Positions 1-14,109 of a stretch of DNA of 64,000 nucleotides are shown in pieces (position 1 is the first letter of the stretch; the number at the start of each line of letters is the position of its first letter). The translations under genes and the position numbers were made by a program. The notes under the pieces are model-generated. The model saw nothing but the letters and a program-made list of their open reading frames with translations. It was not told where the DNA came from and did not search any database. The DNA comes from Octopus vulgaris (Eukaryota): the NCBI GenBank assembly GCA_951406725.2, contig OX597825.1, positions 20,708,001-20,772,000 of the forward strand. Direction: 5' to 3'.

Positions 1-229
1 CTAAATGAAGGTTCGTGGTTGCTTGGTCATGGAAGTTCAGTTACAAATAAAGAAAGCGAAGAAACGAAAGTATAACATTGTACCTGCGCAGGTTTTGTCA
101 TTTTCCTTGCTTTTGACTAAACAGATTGCAATTATTAAGCTCGTCGATAAAATTCCCAATACGATCGTCAGGAAAAGGTAATGTTTCTTGGTACTGAAAA
201 TAGATGATACACAAATTTTCCACAAATTA

Positions 230-275
<46 letters not shown>

Positions 276-319
276 AGAGAACGAAATGTACGTTACGCCG
301 CAATAATATATGTATAAAA

Positions 320-520
320 AATATATATAAAAATACAAAATGGGACAAGAAGGCAAATCACTCAAATAGACGACACAAAAAACGGATTAATCAGCCGAAA
401 TTGCGAGGATGATCCGGTTCTTGACTGAAGATTAGAGGCTTCGAATGACCCGTCCGTTTTTTGTGTCGTCTATTTGAGTATTTTGCGTTCTTGTCCCATT
501 TTGTATTTATATATATATTT
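320..520. mobile_element. Short fold-back element (~60-bp arms) between (TA)n tracts
   Basis: aaatacaaaatgggacaagaa...gacacaaaaaacgga and its reverse complement at ~453-510; same terminus as the 41.7-42.6 kb element. Confidence 0.7.
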
Positions 521-527
521 TTTATAC

Positions 528-558
<31 letters not shown>

Positions 559-959
559 AATTAAATTAGAGATAAAACCACTATTAGGCAAATCAAACAA
601 TGAAAAACATAAACCAAAACATAAAAATAAAAATAATTAATATAATATACAAAATATATAAAATATAAAATTTAAAAATTTAAATTATTTAAATTTAAAA
701 TTAAAATTATTAATTTATATTTATAAATTTTTATTTATTTATTTTTTTATTTTTTTATTTATTTTTATTTTTTTATATTAAATATATATAACTATCAAAA
801 AGTATTAAAAAGTTTAATATAAGACAAAAATTATATATATATATATATAAGCAAAGACAAACATATCAGAAGTAAATAGACACCCTTATAATCACTAAAA
901 TTGATTTAAATCTGAAATTATAAATTGAAATTATTTATTAATTGTTATAATGTGAATAT

Positions 960-1068
960 TTAATATTTAGTAGACATGTCGTTTGCATTTTTCAATGCAA
1001 GGACCCTATTAGGCATTTTATTGATCAGATGACGAATATTCTCTTGCAGAATTTGTTGCCAAGTTTCA
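960..1068 (-). mobile_element. Tc1-like transposase C-terminal relic
   Basis: Minus frame reads ETWQQILQENIRHLINKMPNRVLALKNANDMSTKY*, resembling the Tc1 W..I....I..LI.SMP.R...TKY end. Confidence 0.55.
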
Positions 1069-1198
1069 TGCAGTAATCTCAAAAGGTCTGGCTTTGATAT
1101 GTTACTCGCGTTCCCATGAATGCATTGAGAAGTTTCTCTATTTCATCCTGCTCCTGTAAAAAGACTTCTGTCGTACTGTTCATATACAGTTGCATTGT

Positions 1199-1510
1199 GA
1201 GGTCGCGTGGCTTAGTGGGTAGGGGCATTCGGCTCTCGATCGTAAGGTTGTGAGTTCGATTCCCGGCGACGCGTTGTGTCCTTGAGCAAGACACTTTATT
1301 TCGCGTTGCTCCAGTCCACTCAGCTTGCAAAAATGAGTTGTACCTGTATTTCAAAGAGCCAGCCTTGTCACATTCTGTGTCACGCTGAATATCCTTGCGA
1401 ACTACGTTAAGGGTACACGTGTCTGTGGAATGCTCAGCCACTTGCACGTTAATATTCCCGAGCAAGCTCTTCGGTTGATCGTCGTCGTAACCGACGGAGT
1501 GCAAGAAAAG
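1199..1510 (+). mobile_element. tRNA-derived SINE family B (other copies 2333-2620 +, 7085-7322 -, 17308-17550 +, 23913-24228 -, 24427-24810 +)
   Basis: Pol III A box tggcttagtgg and B box agttcgattccc, shared body across copies. Confidence 0.8.
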
Positions 1511-1848
1511 AAAATTTCACTTGCATCATTTGATCATATTTCAGCAGGGTATCTACCGATCTTCTGTCGGATTTGTCCTTCGGGAGGTGTTTTTTTTTCT
1601 TTTATTCTTTTACTTGTTTTAGTCAGTTGTCTGTGGCCATGTTGGAGCAACGCCTTTAGTCGAACAAATCGACGACAGGACTTATTCTTTGTAAGCATAG
1701 TACTTATCATATCGGTCTCTATTGCCAAACCGCTAAGTTACGGGGACGAAACACACCAACATCGATTGTTAAGCTATTGTAGAGGACAAACACAGACACA
1801 CAAATACACACACACACGCACACACATACATACACACATATATATATG

Positions 1849-1882
<34 letters not shown>

Positions 1883-1883
1883 C

Positions 1884-1988
<105 letters not shown>

Positions 1989-2270
1989 CGACGAGCTTCT
2001 TTCAGTTTCCGTCTACCAAATCCACTCACAAGGCTTTGGTCGGCCCGAGGCTATAGTAAAAGACATTTGCACAAGATACCACGCAGTGGGACTGAACCCA
2101 CTTTCGCTTTCCTTTTTTCTTGGACTTCTTTCTTCTGGCTCCTGAAGAAGAGCTTTGCTCGAAACGTAAAACACCCTTTCTTTCCTTCTCTGAACGTCTT
2201 ATTAATACTTTGCATGTCTCACTTCCCCACGTTGTTGTTTTTTCTTCTCTTTTCTCCGTTTTTTATTAAT

Positions 2271-2335
<65 letters not shown>

Positions 2336-2636
2336 AGGCGCAATGGCCCAGTGGTTAGGGCAGCGGACTCGCGGTCGTAGGATCGCGGTTTCAATTCCCT
2401 CACCGGGCGTTGTGTGTGTTTATTGAGCGAAAACACTTAAAAGCTCCACGACACTCCGGCAGGGGGGGGGGGGATGCTCCCTGCTGTATTCTTTCACCAC
2501 TCTTTCATCTGTTGGCCTGCTCGCTTAGCCAGCCGGGTGGCGTCATTCGAAGGCTAAAACAATGCGAACCAGCGTTGTGTAGCAACATCTGATGATCTGG
2601 TCGGTCACGTTATCACGTGATATATATATATATATA

Positions 2637-2696
<60 letters not shown>

Positions 2697-2751
2697 GAAA
2701 TATTGAATTTCTAAATGTCTCAACGAGACATGAGCGGTGGTGGAACGATAG

Positions 2752-3094
2752 AGTGGTTGTATTAAGTCAACATAACGTGACAGTCCCGTAAAGGGAATTA
2801 CACCACCGCTATATAGCCCTAGGAAGCATCGACGCTTCCTATCGACTTTGACACATTTGCTGTGTCCTTATATTTGCAAAGGGGAGGCAAGCACCCCCAC
2901 CAGCTAGAACTAGCAACCTGGAGACATGCATGTTTCTGGGTCTTGCCCGTCGTCAGTCAAATCCCTTTGCAAATATAAGAACACAGCAAATGTGGCAAAG
3001 CCGACAGGAAGCGTCGATGCGTCCTTGGGCTATGTGGCGGTGGTGTAATTCCCTCTACGGGACTGTCACGTTATGTTGACTTTATACAACCACT
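2752..3094. mobile_element. Fold-back/MITE-like element, ~130-bp inverted arms, ~80-bp spacer
   Basis: 2752-2883 is the near reverse complement of 2963-3094. Confidence 0.85.
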
Positions 3095-3589
3095 ATATAT
3101 ATATATATATATATACACATATATATATATAAATTTAAGGAAAACAAACACCAAAGTTAGACATCTCAAGTTATATATGTTATTATAATTCCATAGTTCC
3201 ATAACTCCTGTCTCGGTTACAAGCTTGGAACCCTGGTAACCCGTTACAGTACTTACCCAGCATACCTATCCGTTTAGATCACCTGTCACCTAAACCCCTA
3301 TATTTTATATTATATATATATATATAAATTTGACATGGGCGATTCTTGCTTATCTTGGGATTCACGGTCAAACGGCTGGGTGGAATTGCGCGAAAAATTA
3401 CACATGTGTAGAATGATCCAGTGATGATGCTGGGCTTTGTATTTTTTCATAGCTCCCATGGTTACAGATATAATCTACTATAATAATACTCTTGTGTTTA
3501 TGAATGAGAAAGGAAGGAGTGATAGATGAATAAGGAAGGGTGTTTCAGTGGGTTTGCGTCTTTGTTCGCTTAGTATTTGGGTTTTTCTG

Positions 3590-3645
<56 letters not shown>

Positions 3646-3646
3646 C

Positions 3647-4449
3647 CACAGATTACAAGAGGTGGAGAAGTTTACCCATCTGGGCTCTACCGTCACCTAC
3701 AACCTATCCCTTGACGCTGAGCTCAATATACGCATTGGCAAGGCAGCTGCTGCGATGGCCCAACTCTCCAAACGGGCTTGGGACAACAATAAGCTGACCA
3801 AGACCACGAAAATGAAGATCTACCAGGCATGTGTACTCAGCACTCTACTGTATGGAAGTGAGACCTGGACGCTATACACACGCCAAGAGCGTCGCCTAAA
3901 CATCTTTCACCTGCGCTGCCTCCGAAAAATCCTCCGCATCAAATGGCAGAATCATATCCCCAACAAAGATGTCCTCAGGCAAGCAGGAATACCAAGCATG
4001 TTTGCACTCCTCACACAAAGACGTATGAGATGGCTTGGGCATGTTAGCCGTATGAAAGATGGCAGAATCCCCAAGGACATACTCTACGGAGAGCTTGCTA
4101 GGGGTACTAGGTCTGTGGAAGGCCTGCAACATCAATATTAGCGGTTGGGAGGCAGTTGCCGGCAACCGTGGAGAATGGCGACGTACCGTAAAAGAGGGAA
4201 TACAAAGGAGTGACAGAGAGAGAGGAGAAATGGAAAGAAAGGAAGGGACGTAAACAAGAGACTATGGCACTACAACCAGCCAGGAATAGTCTTCGCTACA
4301 TTTGCGGTACCTGCCAGAGGGAGTGTTTGTCCAGGATAGGACTACACAGCCACAGCAGGAAATGTATCAGGACATGAAATATAAAAGCCGGACTAGACTA
4401 CTTTATGCGCAACTCCATTGTCTCCCGAGACAGAAAGGATGCCAATACA

Positions 4450-4450
<1 letters not shown>
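3647..4450 (+). mobile_element. 5'-truncated RTE-clade LINE (RT thumb/C-terminus and 3' end)
   Basis: FTHLGS...RIGKA...KIYQACVLSTLLYGSETW...RWLGHVSRMKDGRIPKDILYGEL; internal deletion near 4110. Confidence 0.9.
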
Positions 4451-4529
<79 letters not shown>

Positions 4530-4531
4530 AT

Positions 4532-5218
4532 ACGAGGTGGTATGAAAAGGTTCCCGTACTAGCCATTTTCAATAAAAAAAATATCATATTTGTCTAAGAT
4601 GTAACATCATCTCCTTCGAAATGGTCTCCTTGCACAGCAACACACCAGTCCCGGCGTTCCTGCCAATTGGAATCCGACCTGGAATTCGTTTTCCATGAGC
4701 AATTCAAGGACCTTCTGCGATTCGTTCTGGATCTAGACAACGGTGTTAAAATGGCGACCTTTGAGCTTCATTTTCATCTCGGGAAAGAGATGGAAGTTTG
4801 TAGGTGCTAAACCTGGCGAATAGGTGGATGCAGAAGCGATACCATGTTGTATCTGGTGTGAAACTTACGAATGAGGAGAGCTTGGTGACCGTGTGCATTG
4901 TCGTCGTGAAGAATACAGCTCTTCGCGCTCCGGTCACTTTCGCCGAATGTCCTCACTTAAACGCTTCAAATAATCGCGATAGAACTCTCGATTGCCGGTT
5001 TCTCCTTGGGGACCGAATTGTCGAGCAGGAGAGGCTGTGTGGCAAGTAGCTTGCTTACCAACCACATGGTCCCGGGTTCAGTCCCACTGCGTGGTACCTT
5101 GGGCAAGTGTCTTCTATTATAGCCTCGGGACGACCAAAGCTATGCGAGTGGATTTGGCAGACGGAAACTGGAAGTAGCCCGTCGTATATGTGTATACACA
5201 CACACACGTACACACACA

Positions 5219-5294
<76 letters not shown>

Positions 5295-5760
5295 ATTGTG
5301 TGTCTGTTTGTCCCCCCAGCATCGCTTGACAACCGATGCTGGTGTGATTACGTCCCCGTATCTTAGCGGTTCGGCAAAAGCGACCGATAGAATAAGTACT
5401 AGGCTTACAAAGAATAATTCCTAGGGTCGATTTGCTCGACTATAAAGGCTGTGCTCCAGCATGGCCGCAGTCAAATGACGGAAACAAGTAAAAGAGTAAA
5501 AGAGTAATACTACATTTCCGGGGTTGACGTTCGTAGCAGGTCTTCTAAGTTCTAACTCAATATTTCGCGCTGGTTCTTCCTGTCCATGACAAAATCGCAA
5601 ACTGCTGCATACACGTAATCACGAAAACATAAATTTCAAAAATTGCAAAGTAAATACAGCGATGTCATTCAGTATACTGCCTCATGAAGGTCACTGCTAC
5701 CTCTCGCTACACACGCAACCGTGTGCTGCCACCGGTTGGTGCGCTACAGAACTAGTCCTA
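4532..5760 (-). mobile_element. Degenerate mariner element interrupted by SINE A (5025-5507)
   Basis: Minus strand gives HDNAH..., HPP..., FPRMKMKLKGRHF-like and WQERRDWCVAVQGDHFEGD; TA-cgagg terminus at 4531. Confidence 0.75.
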
Positions 5761-6012
5761 TGTATGTATACTCTTTACTCTTTTACTTGTTTTCAGTCAT
5801 GTGACTGCGGCCATGCTGGAGCACACCGCCTCTAGTCGGTCAAATCGACTCCAGGACTTATTCTTTGTCAACTTAGTACTTATTCTATCGGCCTCTTTTG
5901 CCGAACCGCTAAGTTACGGGGACGTAAACACAACAGCATCGTTTGTCAAGCGATGTTTTGGGGGACAAACACAGACACACAAACATATACACACACATAC
6001 ATATATATATAC

Positions 6013-6070
<58 letters not shown>

Positions 6071-6268
6071 ACATATAAACGACGGTCTTCTTTCAGTTTC
6101 CGTCTACCAAATCCACTCACAAGGCCTTGGTAAGCCCGAGTCCATAGTAGAAGACACTTGTCCAAGGTGCCACGCAGTGGACTGAACCCGGATCCATGTA
6201 GTTCGTAAGCAAGCTACTTACCACACAGCCACTATATAAATATATGCATATATATATCTATATATCTA

Positions 6269-6340
<72 letters not shown>

Positions 6341-6427
6341 ATAAAATATTAGGGAATAAATCCAAACTTACAGGGAAAATTCAGATTTAGGATTGAATCC
6401 AATTTTATAGTAAAATATTATATTATA

Positions 6428-6845
6428 GGCGCAGGAGTGGCTGTTTGGTAAGTAGCTTGCTAACCAACCACATGGTTCCGGGTTCAGTCCCACTGCGTGG
6501 CATCTTGGGCACGTGTCTTCTGCTATAGCCCCGGGCCGACCAATGCCTTGTGAGTGGATTTGGTAGACGGAAACTGGAAGAAGCCTGTCGTATATATGTA
6601 TATATATATAAGTGTGTGTGAATATGTTTGTGTGTCTGTGTTTGTTCCCCTAGCATTGCTTGACAACCGATGCTGGTGTGTTTACGTCCCCGTAACTTAG
6701 CGGTTCGGCAAAAGAGACCGATAGAATAAGTACTGGGCTTACAAAGAATAAGTCCCGGGGTCGATTTGCTCGACTAAAGGCGGTGCTCCAGCATGGCCGC
6801 AGTCAAATGACTGAAACAAGTAAAAAGAGTAAAGAGTAAAGAGTT
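6428..6845 (+). mobile_element. tRNA-derived SINE family A with internal TA/TG microsatellite and (gtaaaaga)n tail; ~16 copies (e.g. 1600-2100-, 5025-5507+, 5772-6232-, 23280-23670+, 26200-26584-, 27270-27632-, 27720-28240-, 33545-33925-, 46880-47300+, 50948-51350+, 51535-51973-)
   Basis: A box tggctgtgtggtaa, B box ggttcagtccc, CORE-like ccttgggcaagt; near-identical dispersed copies. Confidence 0.85.
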
Positions 6846-6975
6846 ATATTAAATTAGAGATAAAACCTCTATTAGGCAAATTGATATATATTTAAATAAT
6901 ATAAATTAATTAATCATATGTATTGGCTTAAGTTTTTCATTGTATGATTTGCCTAATAGAGGTTTTATTTCTAAT

Positions 6976-7079
<104 letters not shown>

Positions 7080-9202
7080 TTGTGTCTGTTTCTTGTCGAG
7101 CCATGCTTCGCTCATAAGGGCCGGTTTCCCAGTTTCCTTGGCGTATAGGTTCCCCACCTGGACGGGACGCCGGTCCGTCGCAGGTGAGCTGCAAGATACA
7201 GGAGGAAAGAGTGAAAGAAAGTTGTCGCGAAAGAGTCAGCAGAATTTCGCCATTACCTTCTGCCGGAGTTGCGTGGAGCTTAGGTGTTTCGCTCATGAAC
7301 ACACACATCGCCCAGTCTGAGAATTACACAGCATAACTGTTTCTGCTGCATCCGGCTTTTTTCACCTATGCGCCTCTATTCTACGTCTGGTTACAAACGT
7401 GTTTCAAAGTGAACTGAGTTTATTTATGCACGGCAAACGTATTTTACTAGGTTGCTATGGTTTTAAATACTAAAAATAAAGTGAGTGAGTGATTTTGAAA
7501 CAATGTGGCTATAAAAAATTTTCGTGTTTTATTTCGTCTGGGAATTAGGTTTGAGGACGAAACTGAGAAACTTAGACCCTAAAGTCAAAGAGTATTTCTC
7601 AATGCTTTGTACAAAAACTGGGTACTAAATGAGATTAAATAAAAAATACATAAAATTCTATCAGAATGAATTAGATACATGTGGTATAAAGAACTTATTT
7701 ATGAGATGGCTTTTTGAAAATTTCTCTGTATTAATGGAGTTTTAGATTATATGCCGCTTTTATGTCCTCTATGTGTTGGTATGATTTATAAAAAGGCTTT
7801 TTTTTTAATTTAATGAGAATATGGATTGCTACTTGAAAGGCAAACTAGATATCCTCCTGACATTATCCCGTGAATTCAGGCGGTTCCCATTTGTGTAGCG
7901 GATGCTAACTTATCCGTTACTTGCACGGATATGTAAGTGCGCACATCTTAAGGCTTGTTTCTGCCTAGTGTTAAACAACTGGTGTTTAGATGTAAAAATC
8001 TGGAGAATTTCCTGTATGCACAAGTTGTATCTTTATTCTGCTGTTATGCAAGGTGTAGCTATGCTAATTTTACTCTATTCTATACTAAACCTAACGTTTC
8101 TATCTTTAAGGGACTAGAAGAACGTGCTTAAGCTAGTGTTGTGCATTTTCATCCTATCCTTAAACGAAATTACATAGTTCGCCAGTTTCGCCTTGAAGCT
8201 TGTCGAGTAAGTACCGATAAAGAAATGGGAATTTCACTCTGATGTAATCTTCGGCATACTAAATTTTCCCTCATGCATACAGCATTTAAGAGACAAATCT
8301 TATTTTTTCCACAACTACAAAGATTTTTTTCTTACTAATCCTGCCTATGTTTGTGGGACAATAACTAGACAACCCATTCACTTACTTTTCCTATCTAAAA
8401 TCATTGTAACCTAGCAAAACGTTAGTCACGCATAAATAACTCAGTTCGCTTTGAACACCATTTGTGAACAGATGTATAGTTTAAAATAGCTGGATGCAAA
8501 TGCAAATGCAACTATTAATTCTCTATGTAGCAGAAACACGTGTCGGTCGAATCTAAACCAATTATGCTTTATAATTAACTGCAAAAATATTTTTTTCAAT
8601 TGCTGTTATACCACTCTCCGTGTTCACTGTAATTGATTTGGATTATATATACGTGTGTGTGTGTATGTGTGTATGTGTATGAGCACTTATATGCATATAT
8701 AGAGATAGACAGACAAACAGACTGATAGACAGACAGACAGACAGACAGATAGATATAGATAAATGTGCGTGTGTATTTGCGTTTATGTGTATATGATAAT
8801 CTTTTATAAAGCCAAAACAATGGAAGTTACAAAAAAATTAAAGATGCATGCTGCTAGTTAATACTGTTACCTAGTATTTCAATATTTTAAGGCGAAGGGC
8901 CATTCTTCGCGAAATTCTAACCGTGAAATATTAAAATATCAAGTAATAGAACTAAAAATCGACCCGCGTTATAATATTCTTTATACAAGTTGCATTGTTT
9001 TGGCTTGAAAAATTTATAAATAAAACTTTTATACACACCAGACAATGCTTCATGCAAACTATACAACTCCAAAAATTATGTGTGTGTGTGTGTGTATGAA
9101 TGTGTGTATATATGTATATATATGTATATATATATATACATATATATATACATATATATATGTATATATATACATATGTATATATATATGTGCGTGTGTG
9201 TG

Positions 9203-9249
<47 letters not shown>

Positions 9250-9270
9250 ATGTATACCTATATATGTATA

Positions 9271-9336
<66 letters not shown>

Positions 9337-9400
9337 CATATATATGTATATATATACATATGTATGTATATATATATATATATATGCGTGTGTGTGTATG

Positions 9401-9431
<31 letters not shown>

Positions 9432-9513
9432 TTATATGTATGTATATATATATATATATACATATAAAAATTAGGATATAAACATATATATATACATATG
9501 CGTGTGTGAACAT

Positions 9514-9586
<73 letters not shown>

Positions 9587-10502
9587 CAGATAGATTAGTT
9601 TTGGGCCGACCAAAGCCTTGTGAGTGGATTTGGTAGACGGAAACTGAAAGAATCCCGTCGTATATATGTATATATATATATGTTTGTGTGTCTGTGTCTG
9701 ACCCCCACCATCCCTTGACAACCGATGCTGGTGTGTTTACGTACCCGTAACTTAGCGGCTCGGCAAAAAAGACCGATAGGATAAGTACTAGGCTTACAAA
9801 GAATAAGTCCTGGGTTTCGATTTGCTCGACTAAAAGCGGAGCTCCAGCATGGCCGCAGTCAAATGACTGAAACAAGTAAAAGAGAGTAAAAAAGTAAAAG
9901 AGAGTAAAAAAGTAAAAGAGAATAAGTATTTCAGTTACGTTATTGTTGTTGTTTTATCCTTTTTTATCTTTTTTTGTTGATGTTTTACTGTCTATATGGC
10001 TGTGGGGTTTTCTATTTTTTGTGTGTGGTGGTAGTTTAGTTAATTGGAAAATATAAATATATACTAACCATTCCATGGTGCTGGCAACGAGAGGTCCGCA
10101 GCTCGCTAATGTTGTTGTTTGAATAATTATTATCTCTACATGACTAATTATTACAATTCCCCTTGTCTTTATCTGCCTATCTCATATATTGATAAAATGC
10201 CTAACCTTTAGTGCTGATATAGATTACAACAACAACAACAACAACAACAACGATGACGACAAATAAATTTGTCTCGGACCTCTTGACACAGCTCTGCAAT
10301 GTTTCTCAGTAAATATTGCAGTTATTGTTATCATCGATGTTCTGAGTTCAAATTCCGCCGAGGTCAACTTTGCCTTTCATCCTTTCGGAGGTCGATAAAT
10401 TAAGTACCAGTTGCGTACTGGGGTCGACCTAATCTATTGGCCCACTCCCCCAAAAATTCGAGCCTTCTGCCTAGAGTAGAAAAGATTATTATTATTATTA
10501 TA

Positions 10503-10557
<55 letters not shown>

Positions 10558-10560
<3 letters not shown>

Positions 10561-10920
10561 TATGTTTGACTTTTGCTTTACATTTGTACAAGTTGGCTCC
10601 AAGTCGCATCCAGAGACCTCAAGAGACAACAGGTTGGAAGTTGTTATGCCTAGTGTGCCATATATTTGGTTTTGTATTTAGTGTTGTACTAGTGAATGTC
10701 TAAAAAAAAACATACGAAAATTATGTTTGTTTTAAAACTTGAGATTACATAGAAAGTATTTTGCGTAGGATATGAGTAGTTCCCATGAGCACTATCTTTT
10801 GAATTTCTGCCATTTTGGGGTTTCCTGGTATCTGAGTTAGGTAGCAATCAGCCCCTTTTGCTATCATTCTCAGGGCACCTATGACAACAGGTATTGTTTT
10901 AGTCTTCAGGTTCCACATTT
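10558..10920 (-). mobile_element. R4/Dong-like retrotransposon 3' fragment (family A) in (TTA)n; second copy at 31950-32440
   Basis: MWNLKTKTIPVVIGAL...IQKIVLMGTTHILRKILSM plus 3' UTR, flanked by (TTA)n. Confidence 0.85.
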
Positions 10921-10946
10921 TATTATTATTATTATTATTATTATTA

Positions 10947-11010
<64 letters not shown>

Positions 11011-11011
<1 letters not shown>

Positions 11012-13320
11012 GCGTGCTTTCACTTCACTACCAAGCGCAGCTCTGTGTGCCTTAGGTATGTGCTGTGATTTGTTGTGATGCTCTGATGGTTATTGTATGG
11101 AAAGTGTTCTGCGTAGGATGTGTGCAGTGCCTAGTAGTGCAATTTTCTGTATGTTATATGTGTTTGTAAGTCCTGGTGTTTTTGTTATGTATTTGTCTGA
11201 ATATTTTTTTATCATGCCTAATGCACCTACTATGATAGGAATTGTTTCTGTTTTTAGATTCCACATTCTGGTTACCTCTATTTCCAGGTCTTTGTATTTT
11301 GAAAGTTTCTCCATTTCTTTTAGAGACACGTTATCATCTGCCGGTATTGATACATCAATTAGAAAGCATTTTTTTCTTCATGATCTCTGACAACTATATC
11401 TGGTCTGTTGGCCTTAATTTCTCTATCTGTGTGTATCGGCATATCCCAGAGTATGGTTGCTTTCTCGTTTTCTGTAACCTTTTCTGGTGTGTGCCTATAC
11501 CATCTTTTTTCTGTTGTTATTCCATAATGTTGGCATAGCTTTCAGTGTATGTAGGTTCCAACTCTGTCATGTCTGTGAATATATTCCTTCTTAGCCAGGA
11601 CTGGGCAGCCAGAGATAATATGATTTATTGTTTCTTGTCCATCTCCACATATTCTGCAGTTACTTGTTATATTTCTTTTCATTACATGTTTTTGGTAATT
11701 TCTGGTGGGGAGGCTTTGGTCTTGTGCTGCAATTAAAAATCCTTCTGTCTCTGCTTTGAGTCCTGAGCTTCTCAACCATTGCTGGGATTTTTCTTTGTCT
11801 ATTTCTTTGCGTTTAGTTTTGTCAAGTATTTACCATGAAGGGGCTTTTCTTGCCATCGTTTTATCATGGTTCGTTGCTGTTCTGTTTTTAGTTTGGATTT
11901 CATTTGTTTTATAGCTTTTGTTGTTTCTTCATCTTCTTCTTCTTCTTCTTCTTCTTCTTCTTCTTCATATTTATTAGGTGGTATGATTTCTTGTTTGTAT
12001 TTGTCAGCTTCCTTAAATACTGAGAACAGTTTTTTGTTTTGCTCGTGTTTTGCCGCTATTTGTATCAGTTTTCCTTCCTTCTGAAGTAGATATTTTTGCA
12101 GTCCTATGGTGGTTATTTTATAGTAGTTTTCCAGTTGTATAAGGCCTCTACCACCTTCTATACGTTGTATATATAGTCTTTCTATGTCAGATTTTGGGTG
12201 ATGCATCCTAGATCCTGTCATTATTTTTCTTGTTTTCCTATCTATTTTGGTCAGTTCATTTAGTGTCCAGTTAAGGATATTGTAGCTGTAACTTATAACT
12301 GGGACAGCTAAAGTGTTAATACCTATTATCTTGTTTTTAGCATTGAGCTCTGTTTTTAGTATTGATCTAACTCGTCTATAATATTCTTTTTTTATTTTCT
12401 CTTTCATTTGTGTGTGTTGTGTCTTATCTAGTTCATGGATTCCTAAGTATTTGTAAGTTTGGCTTTGGTCTAATTCTTTTATTTCATTGGTTTTATCTAG
12501 TGTGATGTTGCTACTCTTAACTAGTTTTCCTCTTTTCAGGGTTACTTTGGCGCATTTTTCTAATCCAAATTTCATATCTATTTCTTTGGTAAATCCATGA
12601 ACTGTCTTTAATAGTGTTTCCAGCTGTTTGTCATTTGCAGCGTATAGTTTTAGGTCATCCATATATAAAAGGTGGCTGATCGTTTTGCCGTAACATTTAT
12701 ATCCGCATCCAGTTCTATTTAGCATATCAGATAGAGGTGACAGTGCCAAGCAGAAAAGGAGTGGAGAGAGAGTGTCTCCCTGGAATATTCCTCTTCTAAT
12801 GGGGATGGCTTTGGTTTTCATGAGTCCCTCTTTTGTTTGGAGCTGTAGCACGGTTTGCCATTTATTCATAGAGTGCCCTATGAATTTTATAAGGGTTGGT
12901 GCTATTTTGTTAATGGCTAGTGTTTCGAGGATCCATGTGTGGGGGATGCTATCAAACGCCTTTTTGTAATCGATCCAGGCCATACTGAGGCCTTTTTTCT
13001 TTCTGTGGCTGTCTTCAGTTATGGCTTTATTAATCATTAGTTGATCTTTACAGCCATATGAGCCTTTGCGGCATCCTTTCTGCTCTTCTGGAAACAGGTT
13101 GTTTTCGTCCAGGTGCTTGTTCAACCTTTGCTTTATCACTGCAGTAAATGCCTTGTATATTGTAGGGAGACATGTTATTGGCCTGTAGTTTTCTGGTTTT
13201 GCTGTCTCATTTGATTTGGGAATTAAGATAGTTTTCCCCTTCTCTGGCTCTGCTAGTATGCTGTTAAAGTTTTCAGCCAGCTTTTTGTGCATTCCTGTTA
13301 GATATTTCAACCAGAAGTTA
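11011..13320 (-). mobile_element. 5'-truncated R4/Dong-clade non-LTR retrotransposon (RT, CCHC knuckle, restriction-like endonuclease), frameshifted
   Basis: YRPITCL, IDYKKAFDS, GIFQGDTLSP, YMDD; CRICG..ETINHIISGC; RHD; K..KY; (TAA)n tail. Confidence 0.93.
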
Positions 13321-13493
13321 TGTGCATTCCTGTTAGATATTTCAACCAGAAGTTATATTTCAACCAGAAGAGATATTTCAACCAGAAGTTATATTTCAAC
13401 CAGAAGTTATATTTCAACCAGAAGTTATATTTCAACCAGAAGTTATATTTCAACCAGAAGTTATATTTCAACCAGAAGTTAGATATTTCAACC
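13303..13493 (+). repeat. 18-bp tandem repeat (tatttcaaccagaagtta) x ~9.5 at the retrotransposon 5' junction
   Basis: Direct reading; includes a 35-bp duplication (13286-13355). Confidence 0.92.
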
Positions 13494-13512
13494 TATTATT
13501 ATTATTATTATA

Positions 13513-13596
<84 letters not shown>

Positions 13597-14073
13597 GTCA
13601 TTATTATTATTCAGTAGTTTTATTTTCGTAACGTGCTTTCACTTCACTACCGAGCGCAGCTCTGTGTGCCTTGGGCATGTGCTGTGGTTTGGTTTGATGC
13701 TCTTATGGTTACTGTATTGAAAGTGAAAGAGCAGTGCATGCCATCAAAGTGATGGCCAGTATGAACGGACCAATTCTGAGGATACACCTGTGAAAAATTA
13801 AAAGGAAATATAAAAGGAGAAAGAGGCTCTCTACCCCACTTTTGACCAGGCCCCCGTGGCTTTTATGGGTTTTTCCGCGAGTAACCATTCGAAGCGCCTC
13901 CCCCTACTGGGAGTTTTAATTGTTACTTATATTTCGTCATTATCCTGCTTCTGTACACGGACTTTTTTCAAACGGACAAAACCCTTTGTAACTTTCGTCC
14001 TGTTTTGTCCCTTTATGTTTTAATTGATTTTTGTTCGCCCTTGTGGCCAATAAACGAATTAATTGTTGTTGTT

Positions 14074-14109
<36 letters not shown>

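Noticed and set aside
391-450. Possible permuted hammerhead (agccGAAA...CTGAAGA..ggct)
   Set aside because: Stems I and III cannot be paired convincingly
2333-2405. tRNA-like sequences here and at other SINE heads
   Set aside because: They continue into SINE bodies and lack a complete acceptor stem
7440-7495. Half RFX-like site gttgctatgg and a gtgagt donor-like motif
   Set aside because: No downstream exon or ORF to support a promoter or first exon
9045-9721. YI/CV/HT-rich ORFs here and at 18-19, 33-34, 44-45 and 57-59 kb
   Set aside because: Translations of TA, TG, CA and ATC microsatellites
13303-13493. Short repeat array as CRISPR or telomere
   Set aside because: No spacers; the unit is retrotransposon coding sequence
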